Counted from the stretch's first letter, positions 42,581-57,569 are shown. The stretch: DNA of 64,000 nucleotides from Octopus vulgaris (GCA_951406725.2 OX597836.1:1736001-1800000), one strand, 5' to 3'. The notes: generated from the letters alone by a model not told the origin. A program made the numbers and translations.

Positions 42581-42756
42581 TTAAAATGTAGGAAGTCGTT
42601 CAGTTTTTTTTTTTTTTTTTTACTCCCTCATTTACTCTTTTTTATTTTTATGGAACTTTATATAAAATGGTATATCAGTTGCTTGGATACTAACACTGCA
42701 ATATTCATATACACACCACAACTTGATATATAGTACACACATGTATATACGTACTC

Positions 42757-42827
<71 letters not shown>

Positions 42828-43667
42828 AAAGAGAGAGAGAGATAGTTAGATAGATAGATAGATAATCAGAGATCGGCAGATAGAGAGATAAACAGATATA
42901 TCGATATATACAAGTTTATATGTATGTATGTATGTATGTGTGTTAATAATGTATATATATATATATATATATAATTGCGTATATTATTATAGATAAATAT
43001 GCTTTCATATATATATATATATGTATTTATAGTTATACACACACATGCACATACACGCATGTGCATGCAAACACTCAGTCACACGCACATATTGGTATGT
43101 TTGTACTACACACCCTCGTGCACATATACACACTTTTATATATAAAGATGTGAAATTCTGGCTGGATTAGGTTTTGTTTATTCGAGATATTAGTCACTTT
43201 TCGGGGGCTGTAAATGAAGGACAACTATACGTTTTTATACGCGATTCTATGGGCTTGTATATGTGACTGTATGAACAGTAAATACATACATACATACGTA
43301 TATATATATGTATATATATATATATACGCACAAACACACACATATATATATATATATATATGTATATGTATGTATATATATATATATATATATATATTAT
43401 GTATATATATAGAGAGAGAGTGAGAGATAGATAGATATATAGATAGATAGGCATGTATGTTTAAGAGTATTTGTGTGTGTGTGTGTGTATGTGTGTGTGT
43501 GTGTGTGTGTGTGTAAATGTGTGCGTGTGCTACTATTGCCATTCTGGGTACGTTTATATTCAATAAGATTTCAGTTAATTCACCAAATCTTTCACCATCC
43601 TCATCTGGAAAAGAATATAGCTCGAAAAATAAATAAATAAAATATAAAAAAATAAGAAAAAAATATA

Positions 43668-43888
43668 GCGGAAGTGATTCAGCACGTTTTGCAAATAGTG
43701 CTATTTACGAAAGTATGTCGTTTCATCACGTGATGAAATGCGGTTTTTGCAAATACTTGCCTAGTTTAATTCTGTTGTGGATTGGATGGTTTTCAGTTAA
43801 GAAAAAACACTTTGCTATTCCCTCGTCGTATGTATTTTCATCGCCATTTTCATTTCGATGGAAATGTTCAGCGCATGCGTATGTGTAA
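43668..43888. repeat. Diverged dispersed duplicate, copy 2
   Basis: Colinear with 42361-42580. Confidence 0.7.
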
Positions 43889-44716
43889 TGTAAACTACAG
43901 CCTATTTTTCGTTTCCTCTACATTGTATGAGAAACTCTACTGATGTAAACACGCACACACATCTTTGTATTTGTTTGTGGATGTATGGGAGTGTACGTCT
44001 CTCTGTTCGTGCTTGTTTTCGCTTGTTTGGCGATATTCCTCTGTTTACCTCCCTAGAAGTTGACAATTCGACGAAAAGTAGACCACAAAAGTATTACACC
44101 TTAGCAATTACACCTTAGAAATACGGAATGGTATTGATTTGATTGAGAAAATTCTAAACCATTTTATACATATGGACCATTTTGGTACTTGTTTTATCCT
44201 GGTTGATCCCTATGCGAATTTTCATTTCATTTCATTTCATTTGAGTTTGAGTCCATGCTCAGGCCAAGTCGAAGACTCCACCCTCAGAGTCTGGTGTGGT
44301 TGCCAGGTTGTATTCTCTGTTTAATTTTGACATGTGTAGGAGCGAGTTTGAGTCAGTTTGTGCTCGTTGTGTATATCCTGGGAGATGGGGTTCATCTCAT
44401 TTGATTATTAAAATCTAGTCTTATCGATATTTCTTTCAAAATTGCTATTTTGTTCATCGCACATTAACTTGTGTAGACTGACCTATGATAAACAGAAAGG
44501 AAAGGAACGTAGCTGCTTCTTGCAATAAACACATATAAATCAAATCACTTTTTTGTGGAATCCATGAAATAAAGCTTGAACCTCGATTTACTATTTTATA
44601 TTTTTTTTCATATGCATGTGTTTAAAGTGTCCTTACATATATGCATGCATATGTATAGAAATATATAAAACACATACAACTAAGATATATACATACATAT
44701 ATATATATATATACAT

Positions 44717-44778
<62 letters not shown>

Positions 44779-45356
44779 CCTGTTATATTTGTATCCTGTT
44801 AAATCTTATATCGATCCCCAGGGTTCCTATAGACACTGGTTGAAAACCAGTGGTTTAAACCACTGAAGATGGTGTTCCATCACCGCAATTCAAACACACA
44901 AAAAAAATTTTTTTTTATAAAAAAAGAACAGAAAAAAACAAGGGACCGGGGATCAACATGCACATCTGCACACGCGCAAATACATACATACATACCTAGG
45001 CATACACAAACGCATGGATGTACTGGCGGGGTGGTAGGCATTATGTAGCTTCAGTACTTCGTTATTGAGGGCTTCACACTGTCACACACTTGATATAAGT
45101 GGGTTTGACCCTTTAGTTAATAATCCGGAATTTGTAAAAAGATGGCGGATGACATGTTCGTTGCTACGACGTCGGGGAAAAATCCATTGAGAACATGCAT
45201 GAGGTAAGAAATATATTGAATAGAAGATCTGCTGAGCATTCACATCGATACATTTACATTAGTAGCAGCAGCAGCAGCAACATCAGCAACAGTAGCCGCA
45301 ACAATAACGGCAGCTGCAGGAACAGTAGTAGTAGTAGTAGTATTAGTATTAGTAGA

Positions 45357-45406
<50 letters not shown>

Positions 45407-45556
45407 GTAGTGGTGGTAGTGGTGGTGGCAGTGGTAGTTAATTTTGCTGTTGTTGTTGCGGCAGCATCACCGTCAGTAGCATCGTCGTCGTTGCCATCAT
45501 CATCGTGGTCGTCGTCGTTGCCATCATCATCATCATCATCGTTATGAATACCAGCA

Positions 45557-45587
<31 letters not shown>

Positions 45588-46407
45588 TGGTAATCATAAT
45601 AGTAACGCTTCCCTATTTTCAATGGAGCAGGAGAGTAAATATTGGAATTAACGTAGCAATGGAGAAACTGAATGTCTAAAACGAATGTAAAAAAGTAAAT
45701 GAGGAATAAATAAATAAATAGAAAAAATGACGAAAATCAAAAACAAAAAAGAAAAAAAAAGAAAGGAAAAGAAGAAACTAGAAAAGAAAACCCCAAAAAC
45801 ATGGCGCAATCAACGAGAAAATAAACACTAAGAAATAAATGAAAATATGAACGCGATTCGGAATTGGTTTCAAATGAATTCCACGAAGAAATTAAACTCT
45901 CCTTCCCAAACACACAAATATATATATATATCCATGGCCATTCAGCTAGTTAGACATGGATTCCTAATCCAATAGACACTGGTATACAGACATACCCTCC
46001 GAAAGGAACGGTTAGATGTCATTTTTAATTTGCTTATTCGATATTCCTAAAGATTGGCACTTTTCTGTTTGGCTATCGGTTATCTGGAAGCCAACCACTG
46101 GATCATTGGATTTCTCACGGTGAGAGTAATAAGGGATTGTCCGTAAACAAATGCAGAACTAATATTGCAAAGGATTTCATCTGAAAACAAATTATATCCG
46201 TATGCTAGTATGTAAGTATGAATGTATACACCTATGTATGTATGTATGTATGTATGTATGTATGTATGTATGTATGTATGTATGTATGTATGTATGTATG
46301 TATGTATGTATGTATGTATGTATCTGTCAGTCTATCGCTCTGTCTGTCTATCTATCTCTATCACTCTCTATATATTCTATATATATATATATATCCCTCT
46401 CTTTCCA

Positions 46408-46455
<48 letters not shown>

Positions 46456-46458
<3 letters not shown>

Positions 46459-46618
46459 GACGGGCTTCTTTCAGTTTCTGTTACCAAATCCACTCAGAAT
46501 ATTTTGGTTGCCCCAAGGCTATAATATAAGACACTAGCCCAAGGTGCCACGCAGTGAGACTGAACCCGGAACCATGTGGTTGGGAAGCAAGCTTCTTTCC
46601 ACGCAACCACCCTTGTGC
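46456..46618 (-). mobile_element. SINE family A, 5' half
   Basis: cgacgggcttctttcagtttc...cccaaggtgccacgcagtgagactgaacccggaaccatgtgg. Confidence 0.9.
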
Positions 46619-46665
46619 CTATATGTATGTATGTATATACTGTATATAAGCAATAATAAATCTCG

Positions 46666-46698
<33 letters not shown>

Positions 46699-47229
46699 GT
46701 ATTATATGTATATATATATATATATATACATGCATACATGCATACATACATACAAATATATATATATATATATATATCTGAGGACGTGTGTACGTATATA
46801 CGTATATGTGTGCATGTGTGTGTGTGTGTATGTGTGTGTGTGAGAAATTATATGTTATAACCTTGCATCTGTGCAATATTCATTTACAAAGCATCAATCG
46901 AGATTATTGTTGCAGTCACAAAACAAAAGTCATTCTTCAAACTGAAGGATTATTAACTCGTTGGAAAATTTTAGATTCACCGAAGGAGAAGCCTGTTGCG
47001 CTCTCCGTCAAACTACATCTACTTTCTGTGTATGTGTGTGTATGTACGTACGTATGAGTGTATGTATATATATGTAATACGTTCCATACATTAATACACA
47101 CATATCAGTATACGTATATGTAATTGCAAGTGCAAATGTACGTACTCTGTGTGTGTTTATGCATGCCTGTATATGTACGTGTGTATGAATATGTATGGGA
47201 ACACGTGCGTGTATGTCTCTTGTCTTTGC

Positions 47230-47261
<32 letters not shown>

Positions 47262-48006
47262 TTGTGCATGTGTTATGTATGTGTGTGTATGTGTTTGGGT
47301 GTATACGTTTTAAAGACAGATATCTAGTCGATATCCAGCAGCTGCAAGAAGCGAAATATTAATTAAGACGAATTCATTCTATTTCTGAATAGAAACAAAC
47401 CTCCAAGTTAATTACTACTAATGAATGTGGATGGTCATCACTTAAATGATACGAATTCCCCGATTGTTCATCCTAAAGCGTTCTCTACATTCATCATATT
47501 AACTGTACGAGCAACGAGATTTTCCTGTGAATATGTTCATAGAATTTACCGATCGGTTCTGTAAGCATGTTTTGCGAGTTAAACAAAGGCTAGCTTTATT
47601 AATGCAACATTTTGTTGGTTTGGTTTTGATGTTGTTGCAGTTAAAGGATTTATTTTAACTGTTATGAGTTTGATCTGTGAGAGAAAGTATTCGAAACATG
47701 ACCATCCCGACATAGGGTATCTAGGATTTCATTATCGAATCTATTCCTGCATGTGATACAGCAGAAATATCAGTAGTTTTTGTAGTTGTAACAACAGAAA
47801 CAGTAATAGACTGAGGGCAGCAGCAGTAGCAGCAGCAGGTGTAGCACCTACAGCAGCAGCTGTTTAACCCTAGGTCAACTCAAAATGGCAGATTTCAGAT
47901 GGAAATTGTTTCCAATCACGACAAATGTGCATTGCCTTATTCAGGCGAAATGCTTTTTCGGAGGACAACATCCAGCATGCTTTTCAGCAACAACAACAGC
48001 AGCAGC

Positions 48007-48064
<58 letters not shown>

Positions 48065-50052
48065 ACAGTAGTAGTAGTAGTAGCAGCAGCAGTAGTAGTT
48101 GTGGTGGGTGTAGTTGTATTCGTTGGTATTAAAGATGACGTCATCCCTAATGAAGCAATCTTGCGATCCCAAGCCTTGATTGATCCACCATTAATCCGGT
48201 CACCAGATCCTATTCCTGACTACATCCAATGTGTTGTTCCATATACAGAAGAATATACAGCGATTGCGAGGATGTTTGGTCGCTATTTCTGGATGAAAAA
48301 GCTACATAAATGCTCTCAAGATGGCGGTGGGGAGGAGGGAGGTTTGCTGCTTTTTCCCAGTCGCTGACCACCTCTGACGGGGAAAGCATATTATCAAATA
48401 TGATCCACCATGGAATGCTATGCCACCTTTAGATTATTTCGGAATAGCAAATAAATTTCCCACAACAGGTTTCCATCATTAAAAGGACGGACACTTTCGA
48501 TTACTGTGTAGACCTGGCCAATATCGCATAATGGTCAGTGAATACGTTTATACTCTACGTTTACTTCGAGGGAGATGCCCTTGCGCTCAACAAGTTTTGG
48601 GCACAGAGTTCCTCAACCATTGTTTTGCCTATCGACCTGTTTTTATTTTGTTCGGGTGGACCATACTGTATTTTTAAACGTTATTAGGAATAGTATAAAA
48701 CAACTTTTTAAAATATTCGTGTATTATAGAAATGTAGATTTCAATAACAAAATCTTACATGGCCTCCTTAGGAGCTACATGGACGCTGATTGAGAAGCAC
48801 TGCTCAAGTAGAATGTTCTGTACCCTTGATGCGTGCGCAATGACACAAGAAAGGAGTTGTGTATTGCTTTCTAATAAACACGAGTTGTTCGTCATATCAT
48901 TGTTAAAGGATGTCGTTGATGTAAAGATTGTTTGACAACATAACATGGCAGTCCTGATTTAGGACGAATGTTGCGGTAATTTAGCCCCATGAGACATCAC
49001 CCACAGTTGGCTATGCGACACGATCTGTGTCCTTATATTTTCGAACAAGGGAACCTAGCACCCCCACTCAGCTCAAAACAATATCTGTGTATCGCTATTC
49101 GTCTAAAACCAGGATTCGTCCTAAACCAGGACTGCCATGTTATGTTGGCAAACAACCTTTACTCCAAAGTACTGTTGCTGAATATCTCACGTTGTGAGAT
49201 TTAGAAATAGTAATTTTCTGATGTCGTTGATGTTGAAACTCTCTAAATGGAAGGAAACTTTCATTGTGCAAGAATACGCAGAATTGTTGACTCGGTAAAA
49301 GGAGTGCAAGAGGTGATAGAGTACATCGTGAATTTATTTTGAAGTTTCAAAGAAAACGTTTCGAATATCCTACTAAAAAACTTGTTTGAGCTGATTTGAA
49401 ACTTCACTTTACCATTATTCACTTGATTGATGTAGAAATATAATTCCTGATATATTATTTCCACCTGTTTTTGTTTTGATATTAAAATTGAAAAGAAATC
49501 CACTTTGCTCTTTTAATAACTGTATTAACCAATGCTTTTTTTAAAATATATTTTTATGGAAGTGTTACATTTGAGGGAGACAATTTCTAATAGCTCGAAC
49601 TGCACTTAAGATGCCGGTCAACTAACTGAAGAATTAGATGCCTGGTTGAAGTCGTAGACTCTGTATGCAAACATGGCTTTTTTGCAAGAGTCTCTTGTTT
49701 TATAAACAACGGACAAGATTTTTCAGCGCAGCGTTTCCTATTGAATACAATCCACTTAAATCTAAACTTGGTTTGGCTGCTATTTCTAGTAAGTCTAGTG
49801 AATGTCTTGTTATTGTTTGTCATCAGACGATCCCGCAAAAAGAAACTACGTAATGGAAGCGGAGCTAGAAATTGTCATCATTTTCTATATCATATCATCC
49901 ATCGAAACTTTATGCATTCCCTTCTCTTAAAGTCACCGGTAAATCACATGGCACAGAAGAAATATTCTCATTATTATTCTGAGTTATCCATCAGAATACA
50001 ATGTAAGCGCAATATATATACACAGTTACACACAATCGCACACATGTATATA

Positions 50053-50107
<55 letters not shown>

Positions 50108-50348
50108 TTGATTGTGTGAGTGCATATAACACGTGTTCATATGTGTATAAATCAAATCTGTTTCGTAAAATTTTCAACTGTATCTTAAACTGCCAGAGTA
50201 ATGAACAATCTATTTAGTTTCAATATGCCCTTCTACTTGCGAAAAAATAAATTATGAGATGCACACACACACACACAGACACACACACACATGCAAAGAG
50301 ATATATATATGCATATTTATACACACGTGCATACATAAATATATATTC

Positions 50349-50406
<58 letters not shown>

Positions 50407-50730
50407 ATGTGTATATATGTATATAAATATAACTATATATATATATATGTATGTATACGTACAATAAAATATCGTTTTATATCTTTGCATATAACATACA
50501 CACCTGTGTATATATATTTATGTATATGTATGTTTGTGTGTGTGTTTGTGTGTATGTGTGTGTGTGCGTGTTGTGTGTGTGAATGTGTGACTGTATGAGT
50601 ATGTGTGTACCGATATTTACATACCTACAATACAATGCAGACAGATGGATTCGCTCAATTTCTCTAAATTATACAACGACTTACAAATTCAATTATCTCG
50701 CTTTGCCCAATAAAATAATCTAATATTTCA

Positions 50731-50785
<55 letters not shown>

Positions 50786-52117
50786 ATAATAATAATATCA
50801 CTACGAATAATCTTAATAATATAATATGAATAATTGAAGAAAAACACAAAGGCAAAATAATGATAATAATGTGTTTCCTAAAGAGAAACACACGGAATTG
50901 TAATGACTAATTAAATAAGAGTTGATTCATTAACAACTCAAGTTTCACAGTTAATATTTAATAATCACAGGCCAAGCTGTCTAAGAAAGCAATATCGATA
51001 AAGTATGGGTCAGTAATGATTTGTGTTATGTAGTTACGTCTTTGTGTGCGTATTTACGAGTTCGAACCCTACTGAAATAGGCTCGTTTGAGAATCAATAT
51101 CTCTTATTAATCACAGAACAGGTAATCAAACAGGTGGTGGATTGTGGAAGAGAAAATATTCACGTGTTCCTTCAGTTCGATCCTTACTGATGTCAGTCTA
51201 ATACATCCTAGTATGTCCTCTTCTTATTGTTGGATTTGGGGGAAGTGGTTGGGCACATGGCCCTCGCATGTCCACCGAGACCTGAGAGATTAATGGTGTT
51301 AATATTGCTTCATAAAACGTCACAAGCCAACGACTACGGGAAAGGCATTCGATGGAGGTTTTTGAACTGGAAAGAAAAACGGTTGAATTATAACAAACAC
51401 CAACAAAGTGGATAGTGTTTTGTCCACTAGAACTGGCAGCTAAATCTTCTATTTACATTCAGCTGTCTTGAGAATAGAAGGTCACATAAGATTTCTTCAT
51501 CTAAACATTTAAAATACACATGCACACTGATTGCTTATCTCCTATCTTCTTTATTTATCTCTATCAATCTGGGTCTGTCTATTTCAAGCCATACACTCCA
51601 TGTGTCCCTTACACGTTACTCTCTCCCTGTCTCCCTCTCTCGATTTGTTCTATCTTTGTTCGTTTTTCTTTATCTTCCCCTCATACAAAACTGCTGAAAA
51701 ATGCCTTTGATCAAAGATTCGCCCGAACTGTGCTGCTGATACGGCGAAACGCCGTTATCAAAACCGGCAGCAGCTGCAACAGAAGCAACAACTGCAACAA
51801 CAATCATCACCACAACAACAACAGCAACAACGACCTCGGCAGCAGCAGCAGTGGAAGCTGCGAATGTATCAGCATCTACTGTAATAAAAACAACAACAAC
51901 ATCAACAACTACAACTACGGATTCTTGAGATTTTTAAACAACGTTCAATTATCTGTCAAATACCTCGGTGAATATCCATGTTCAATCCCTGCCTTCGCTT
52001 CTTTTACAAACTCTGATTTTATCTTCAGACTGCGAGTGTTCATAATGGAAACTACCCACCCACTCCCACCAGCTCACCTTATTCTCCAGACAAAGTCTAC
52101 ATTAAATTTATACCAAA

Positions 52118-52503
52118 TCTTTACTCTTTTACTTGTTTCAGTCATTTGACTGTGACCATGCTGGAGCACCGCCTTTGGTCGAGCAAATCAATCCCAGGAC
52201 TTATTCTTTGTAAGCCTAGTACTTATTCTATCACTCTTTTTTGCCGAACCGCTATGTTACGCGGACGTAAACATACCAGCATCGGTTGTCAAGCGATGTT
52301 GGGGGACAAACACAGACACAAACATATACACACGCATACATATATATACATATATATGACGGGCTTCTTTCATTTTCCGTCTACCAAATCCACTCACAAC
52401 GCTTTGGTCGGCCCGAGGCTATAGAAGAAGATACGCAGTGGGACTGAACGCGGAACCATGTGGTTGGTAAACAAGCTACTTACCACACCGCCACTCCTAC
52501 ACC
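52118..52503 (-). mobile_element. SINE family A, full length
   Basis: Head, internal CA/TA tract, body and tail (tactcttttacttgtttcagtcatttgactg) all present. Confidence 0.92.
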
Positions 52504-52769
52504 TGAGAATTTTGCAATTCAATTGGCTATATTTTTGCTGTTTTCCCTATAATTCGAATTTAAATCTGTTTTTAAGTTCAAAGTATTACAGTAATACTTC
52601 AAAACTGTTGACGACCCTTGGATATTACTGGTATTAGAAATTTCCTCATTTCTGTGTGAATAACTTCATAGATGTTCATATACTTGTTTCGTTATACTTA
52701 TTCAACAATATGTCAGTGTTAAATGTAAAATACATTACTCGTCTTCTTACAATGTTGTAACAAACGAGA

Positions 52770-53001
52770 GGCGGCGAGTTGGCAGAGACGTTAGCACGAC
52801 GAAATGCTCAGCAGTATTTCGTCTGCCACTACGTTCTGAGTTCAAATTCCGCCGAGGTCGACTTTGCCTTTCATCCTTTCGGGGTCGATAAATTAAGTAC
52901 AAGTTACGTACTGGGGGTCGATGTAATCGACTTAATCGGTTTGCCTGACCTTGCTTGTCCTCTCTGTATTTAACCCCTTGTGGGTAGTAAAGAAATAGGT
53001 A
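52770..53001 (+). mobile_element. SINE family B, full length
   Basis: B-box gagttcaaattcc; central gtcgactttgcctttcatcctttcggggtcgataaattaagtac. Confidence 0.92.
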
Positions 53002-53039
53002 ATTCGAAATAGGCGAACCCTGCTGTACTCTTTCACTCA

Positions 53040-53249
53040 CTCTTTCTTCCTGTTTCTATAATACCTGTATTTTAAATGGCCAGCCTTATCACACTCTGAG
53101 TCATGCTGAATCTCCCAGGGAACTAAGTTAAGGATGCACGTGTCTGTGGAGTGCTCAGGTACTTACACGTTAATTTCACGAGCAGGCTGTTCCGTTGATC
53201 GGAATCGGATCTAATGGAACCCTCGTCCCCCGTCATCGACGGAGTGCCA
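53040..53249 (+). mobile_element. SINE family C, 3' part
   Basis: Reverse complement of the 35260-35440 segment. Confidence 0.85.
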
Positions 53250-53334
53250 TGATGTACAAATATATATATATATATATACATATATGTATATGTATGTTCA
53301 TATATAGGCGCAGGAATACCTATGCGGTAAGTAC

Positions 53335-53457
53335 TTCTTTTATCAACCCCTAGGGATGAAGGGCAATGTGGGCCTCAGTGGAGTTTGAATTCAAAACGTG
53401 AAGGTGGACGCTAAACAATTCCTCCGGCCAGCTAACGGTTCCTCCGGCTCGCAGCCG
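53335..53457 (-). mobile_element. SINE family B, degenerate, abutting a family A head fragment at 53307-53333 (+)
   Basis: tttatcaacccctagggatgaagggcaatgt...tttgaattcaaaacgt...gctaacggttc. Confidence 0.7.
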
Positions 53458-53956
53458 TAAGGTTTGTATATAATACCACATAAATTCGTAACATAGGAAA
53501 GATTTATGATGAGATAATCTAGATAAGCCTTAAGTTTATGAAGACGGGCAGTCTAGTGACAGCAAGCCTTAACTGTATAAGAGGAAAGACAATTTGATCA
53601 CAACAAGCACGTGATAGACTTCCATTAATCACTTCTGTTTATCTCTTAAAACTACCTCTAACAACGGGATTTCTTTTCTATCCTCAATTAATTTCATTAA
53701 TAAAACTTTATTTCATGTTTTATATATCACACCTTCACTGAATTTTAAGTAATTACTTGCAGGTATTTATTCCTGGAAGTGATTTCACTATTTTTTTGAT
53801 ATCTTGTGGAAAAACATCTTCGATAAAAAACAAAAGGGGAAACTAAAGGTGTTCAGTTCTACGAAGGAATCTTCTGATTGTAGTCTGTGAGGAGTGTTGT
53901 AGATATTCTGTGCACGTCTATACATCTATAAACATATATACACATATATATGTACG

Positions 53957-53988
<32 letters not shown>

Positions 53989-54397
53989 TGTATGTATGTA
54001 TGCATCTATGGATGTATGTGTATATATATATGCATACATACATATGTGCATACATAGGCACACACACACACACACACAGATACACACACACACGCACAGA
54101 CACATATATCGAATTACTCCAAATGCCACATGTTCTCAGTGCCACGACTAAAGTTTTGTGCATATCAACAGAGCATACACTTACATGCACACACATATAT
54201 AAAGGTGTAATGACACTCACACATAATCATATATATATATATATATATGTATCCGTGAATTCACATATAGGTAGACGGACAAATATATGTGTTTGAGCCT
54301 ATTTATAAATAAGTTTGTGTGTGTGTGTATGTGTATATATATATATATATATATATAGATATATATATATATATATATATATACATACATACATACA

Positions 54398-54547
54398 AGG
54401 GGCTTCTTTCAGTTTCCGTTTACAAAATGCATTCACAAGGCTTTGGTCGGCCCGAGGCTATTGTACAAGCAGGAAGGCAAGCAGTGGGACTGAACCTAGA
54501 ACCAAATGTTTCGGAAGCATGGTTTTTACCACACAGCCACGCCTGCC
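54398..54547 (-). mobile_element. SINE family A, 5' half
   Basis: gggcttctttcagtttccg...ggctttggtcggcccgaggcta. Confidence 0.88.
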
Positions 54548-54584
54548 TCGATACACACACACACACACACAAATATGTATATAC

Positions 54585-54649
<65 letters not shown>

Positions 54650-54659
54650 TGTACATATA

Positions 54660-54850
54660 CCTCCACAGACACGAGTACGTTTAATGTAGAAGTCAAGAGA
54701 ATATGACAGGGCTGCACCTCTGAATTACACGCACAATTCAATTTTGACAGGTGCGTGGATTGAGCGACAGAAAATAAAATATCTTGCTGAAGGACACCAC
54801 GTACCAGCAGGAATCGAACTCATGATGTAAAGTTCGTGAGCCGAACTTCC
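54660..54850 (-). mobile_element. SINE family C, degenerate
   Basis: ctccacagacacg...aaataaaatatcttgctgaaggacac...ggaatcgaactcatga. Confidence 0.75.
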
Positions 54851-54869
54851 CACACTTTGTATATATACA

Positions 54870-54921
<52 letters not shown>

Positions 54922-55451
54922 GATAATAAGAAAGAGAGAGAAGTGTGGGTGTAGAAAGAAAGTGACAGAGAGAGAGAGAAAGGCAGATTAAGAGAGGAAG
55001 AGAGAAAATGAGAGAATGGTTGTTTTGTTTATGTTTTTTGATGCTATTCACCTCGGAATGGTTCATCAGAGAGAAGAGAGATGATCAAAGGTTTCCAGGC
55101 ATTTAGAACGGCAGGGAGCAGAGTCTGGCTGGAGATACGCTTACTAATACTAGCAGACCGAGGTTCCGAAGCCGTTTAGTACATTGCGTGTTGTGTTGGT
55201 GTCGGCGTTGGCGTTGGTTTTGGTTGGAGCGAAGGAGTCTGGTGGTGGGGCCTATTCTTTTCCGAGGTAACGGTGTACATGCATCCAACACTGGAGGTTC
55301 CCCAACCTGTCTGTTAGTTCTTCTGCTTTTCGTTCACTGATTTTCGTTTGTGTTTCTACTTTGTGGTAAATGAATAGAAAAATATCTGCAGGATTCAGTT
55401 AACGTTGTTCATGCATATCGGAGATTTATAACAAACACGCATACATACACA

Positions 55452-55537
<86 letters not shown>

Positions 55538-55956
55538 ATATATTTAGTTATTATTCAGTTTCTGTGGATGTAAATTTGCATATAATTACACACACATACT
55601 CACACACTTACACACACACATACACGCACACACAAGTCGTGTTTCTCCTTACAAACACAGGTCTGAGCTTCCATCCCTGGCGCTCGCTTGTATTCCCGAC
55701 TCAGTACCGCAAATCCACGCTTGCTTAACCTGCAAAAGTAATCGTTTATAAGACAGCAGAGGAATGCAGAATTCTTCGACAGACTGGCTGCTATTTCTAG
55801 CAGGTGGAGAGACAACAATATAAATTGAAGTTTCTTGTTATTGTTGTTTAGCCCAGGGTCAGTATTGATCAAGTGATCTCAACTATGACCATGGATTCAA
55901 TGTATGGTGTCAATAACGATAATAGCCAACGCACATCTTACTGAGATAACACGGTA

Positions 55957-56563
55957 CAGTTATCCCTCGCCCGATCGCGCTTCACCTATCGCGGTTTATT
56001 ATTTAAGCTTACGTCGATTCCTCCGTAGTGTTGTTTTGATTTTATTATAAAACTAGCTGTATCGCCCGACGTTGCTCGGGTTTGTAAGGGAAATAACTAT
56101 ATAAGCATTTTTAGAGAGTTATAGCCAAAAATAGCAAAAAAATGGAAAGAAAATGATGGTAATTTTTTAAAAAATCGTTGACTCATCGTAGATATTTTTA
56201 GAGAGTTACTTCCCTTATATAATAGCGAAAAAATGCATTCAAATGAAAAAAATGATGGTAATTTTTTTTTTAAATCGTAGACTCATCGTAGGCGCGCGCT
56301 AATACCCAGAAGGGCTCGATATGAATCACGACTATAAGATACCCGCTTTTGGTTAAACTGCACCGCAAAATGTGGGAGTAGTTAGGAATCTAAATCGTAG
56401 GAGACAGACACACAACTTGACTTTTATATATAAAGATAAATATATACAAATTATAAAAATAATGTTAAACAATATACAGTAGAGTCCTGTTTCTACTTTA
56501 AAGATTTTGACCCATCGCGGGTGAATTTGAAACATAACATCCGCGATAGTCGAGAGTTCACTG
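55957..56563. mobile_element. pogo/Tigger-type MITE interrupted by a Helitron
   Basis: TA target duplications at 55955-55956 and 56564-56565; inverted termini CAGTTATCCCTCGCCCGATCGCG / CAGTGAACTCTCGACTATCGCG. Confidence 0.75.
56053..56436 (-). mobile_element. Complete non-autonomous Helitron (384 bp)
   Basis: Minus strand 5' TC, 3' CTAG, subterminal hairpin CCCGA-GCAACG-TCGGG (56065-56080), inserted between A and T without target duplication; internal duplication of about 100 bp. Confidence 0.9.
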
Positions 56564-57360
56564 TATTGTGAGATTTGAAGAAGATTGCGCTGTTGCCTCT
56601 AAGCGATTATGTAAAGCGTCTCTTATACAAAACCCATACAAAATACAGAAATCATTGAAAAATATCCGGACAAATAAGATTGTCAATAAAAACAAGTTGA
56701 TGACGTCATTTGCTTTAATTGTTCTGTCTCACCGTGATTGACATCATTGAAAATAGAATACTAATGATTTTGTGTTAATAATTGGTAAGTAAAAGAAGTG
56801 GCGAAAAGTATTAGTAGACAAAGAAGCAGAGAATTCGGTGTAGACAGGGGGTGGGGATGTGAGAGGGGGAGTCGTCGAGATGTTGGGAAATATATTTAAT
56901 ATATTTAGAAATTTTATTTTCTATTATTGTACCTATTATTTAAAAGCACCAAAGTTAGAAATAAAATATAAAAATATTGAAATTAATGTCTCTTATTCAC
57001 TTTATCTCTCACTTCCTTTCACACACTCACTTCCAATACCTGCGAGTGTGTATATGTATGTGCATAACATATATACATATCACCTGTATATATATACATA
57101 CACACTTTTGTATTGCTTGTGGAAGGTGTTGTTGTGTCTGTTTTTACTTATATTATTGATAAAGACGACGAATTACAATAATCATTGTTAATTTGATTTT
57201 AAAACTAACGATATAACTAAATTACTGCAGCCGAGCAGGATATGAAAAGTTTATTAGAAGAATAACTCTATTACGTGTAATAGTCATCTAGAATTTTTAT
57301 GATAGATTAGTCTGGACAAAGAACAATATTTATGGCTGTCGATATAGGTGTCATTCGTCG

Positions 57361-57407
<47 letters not shown>

Positions 57408-57441
57408 ATGTATTTATATATACATACTTATATATAGTAAC

Positions 57442-57498
<57 letters not shown>

Positions 57499-57569
57499 CG
57501 TATATACATACACACACACATATACATATATATGTATATATATATATATAAATATATATATATACACAC

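Noticed and set aside
44848-44892. 18-bp palindrome cagtggtttaaaccactg followed by CTGAAGA...GCAA
   Set aside because: Core incomplete, no stem I or III; likely a MITE-end remnant or chance
51520-52149. 209-aa ORF, the longest in the track
   Set aside because: Composite of pyrimidine tract, AAC repeats and SINE tail; no recognisable motif
55040-55073. Minus-strand CTGATGA-ACC(attccga)GGT-GAAT hammerhead-like string
   Set aside because: GAAA altered and neither stem I nor stem III pairs
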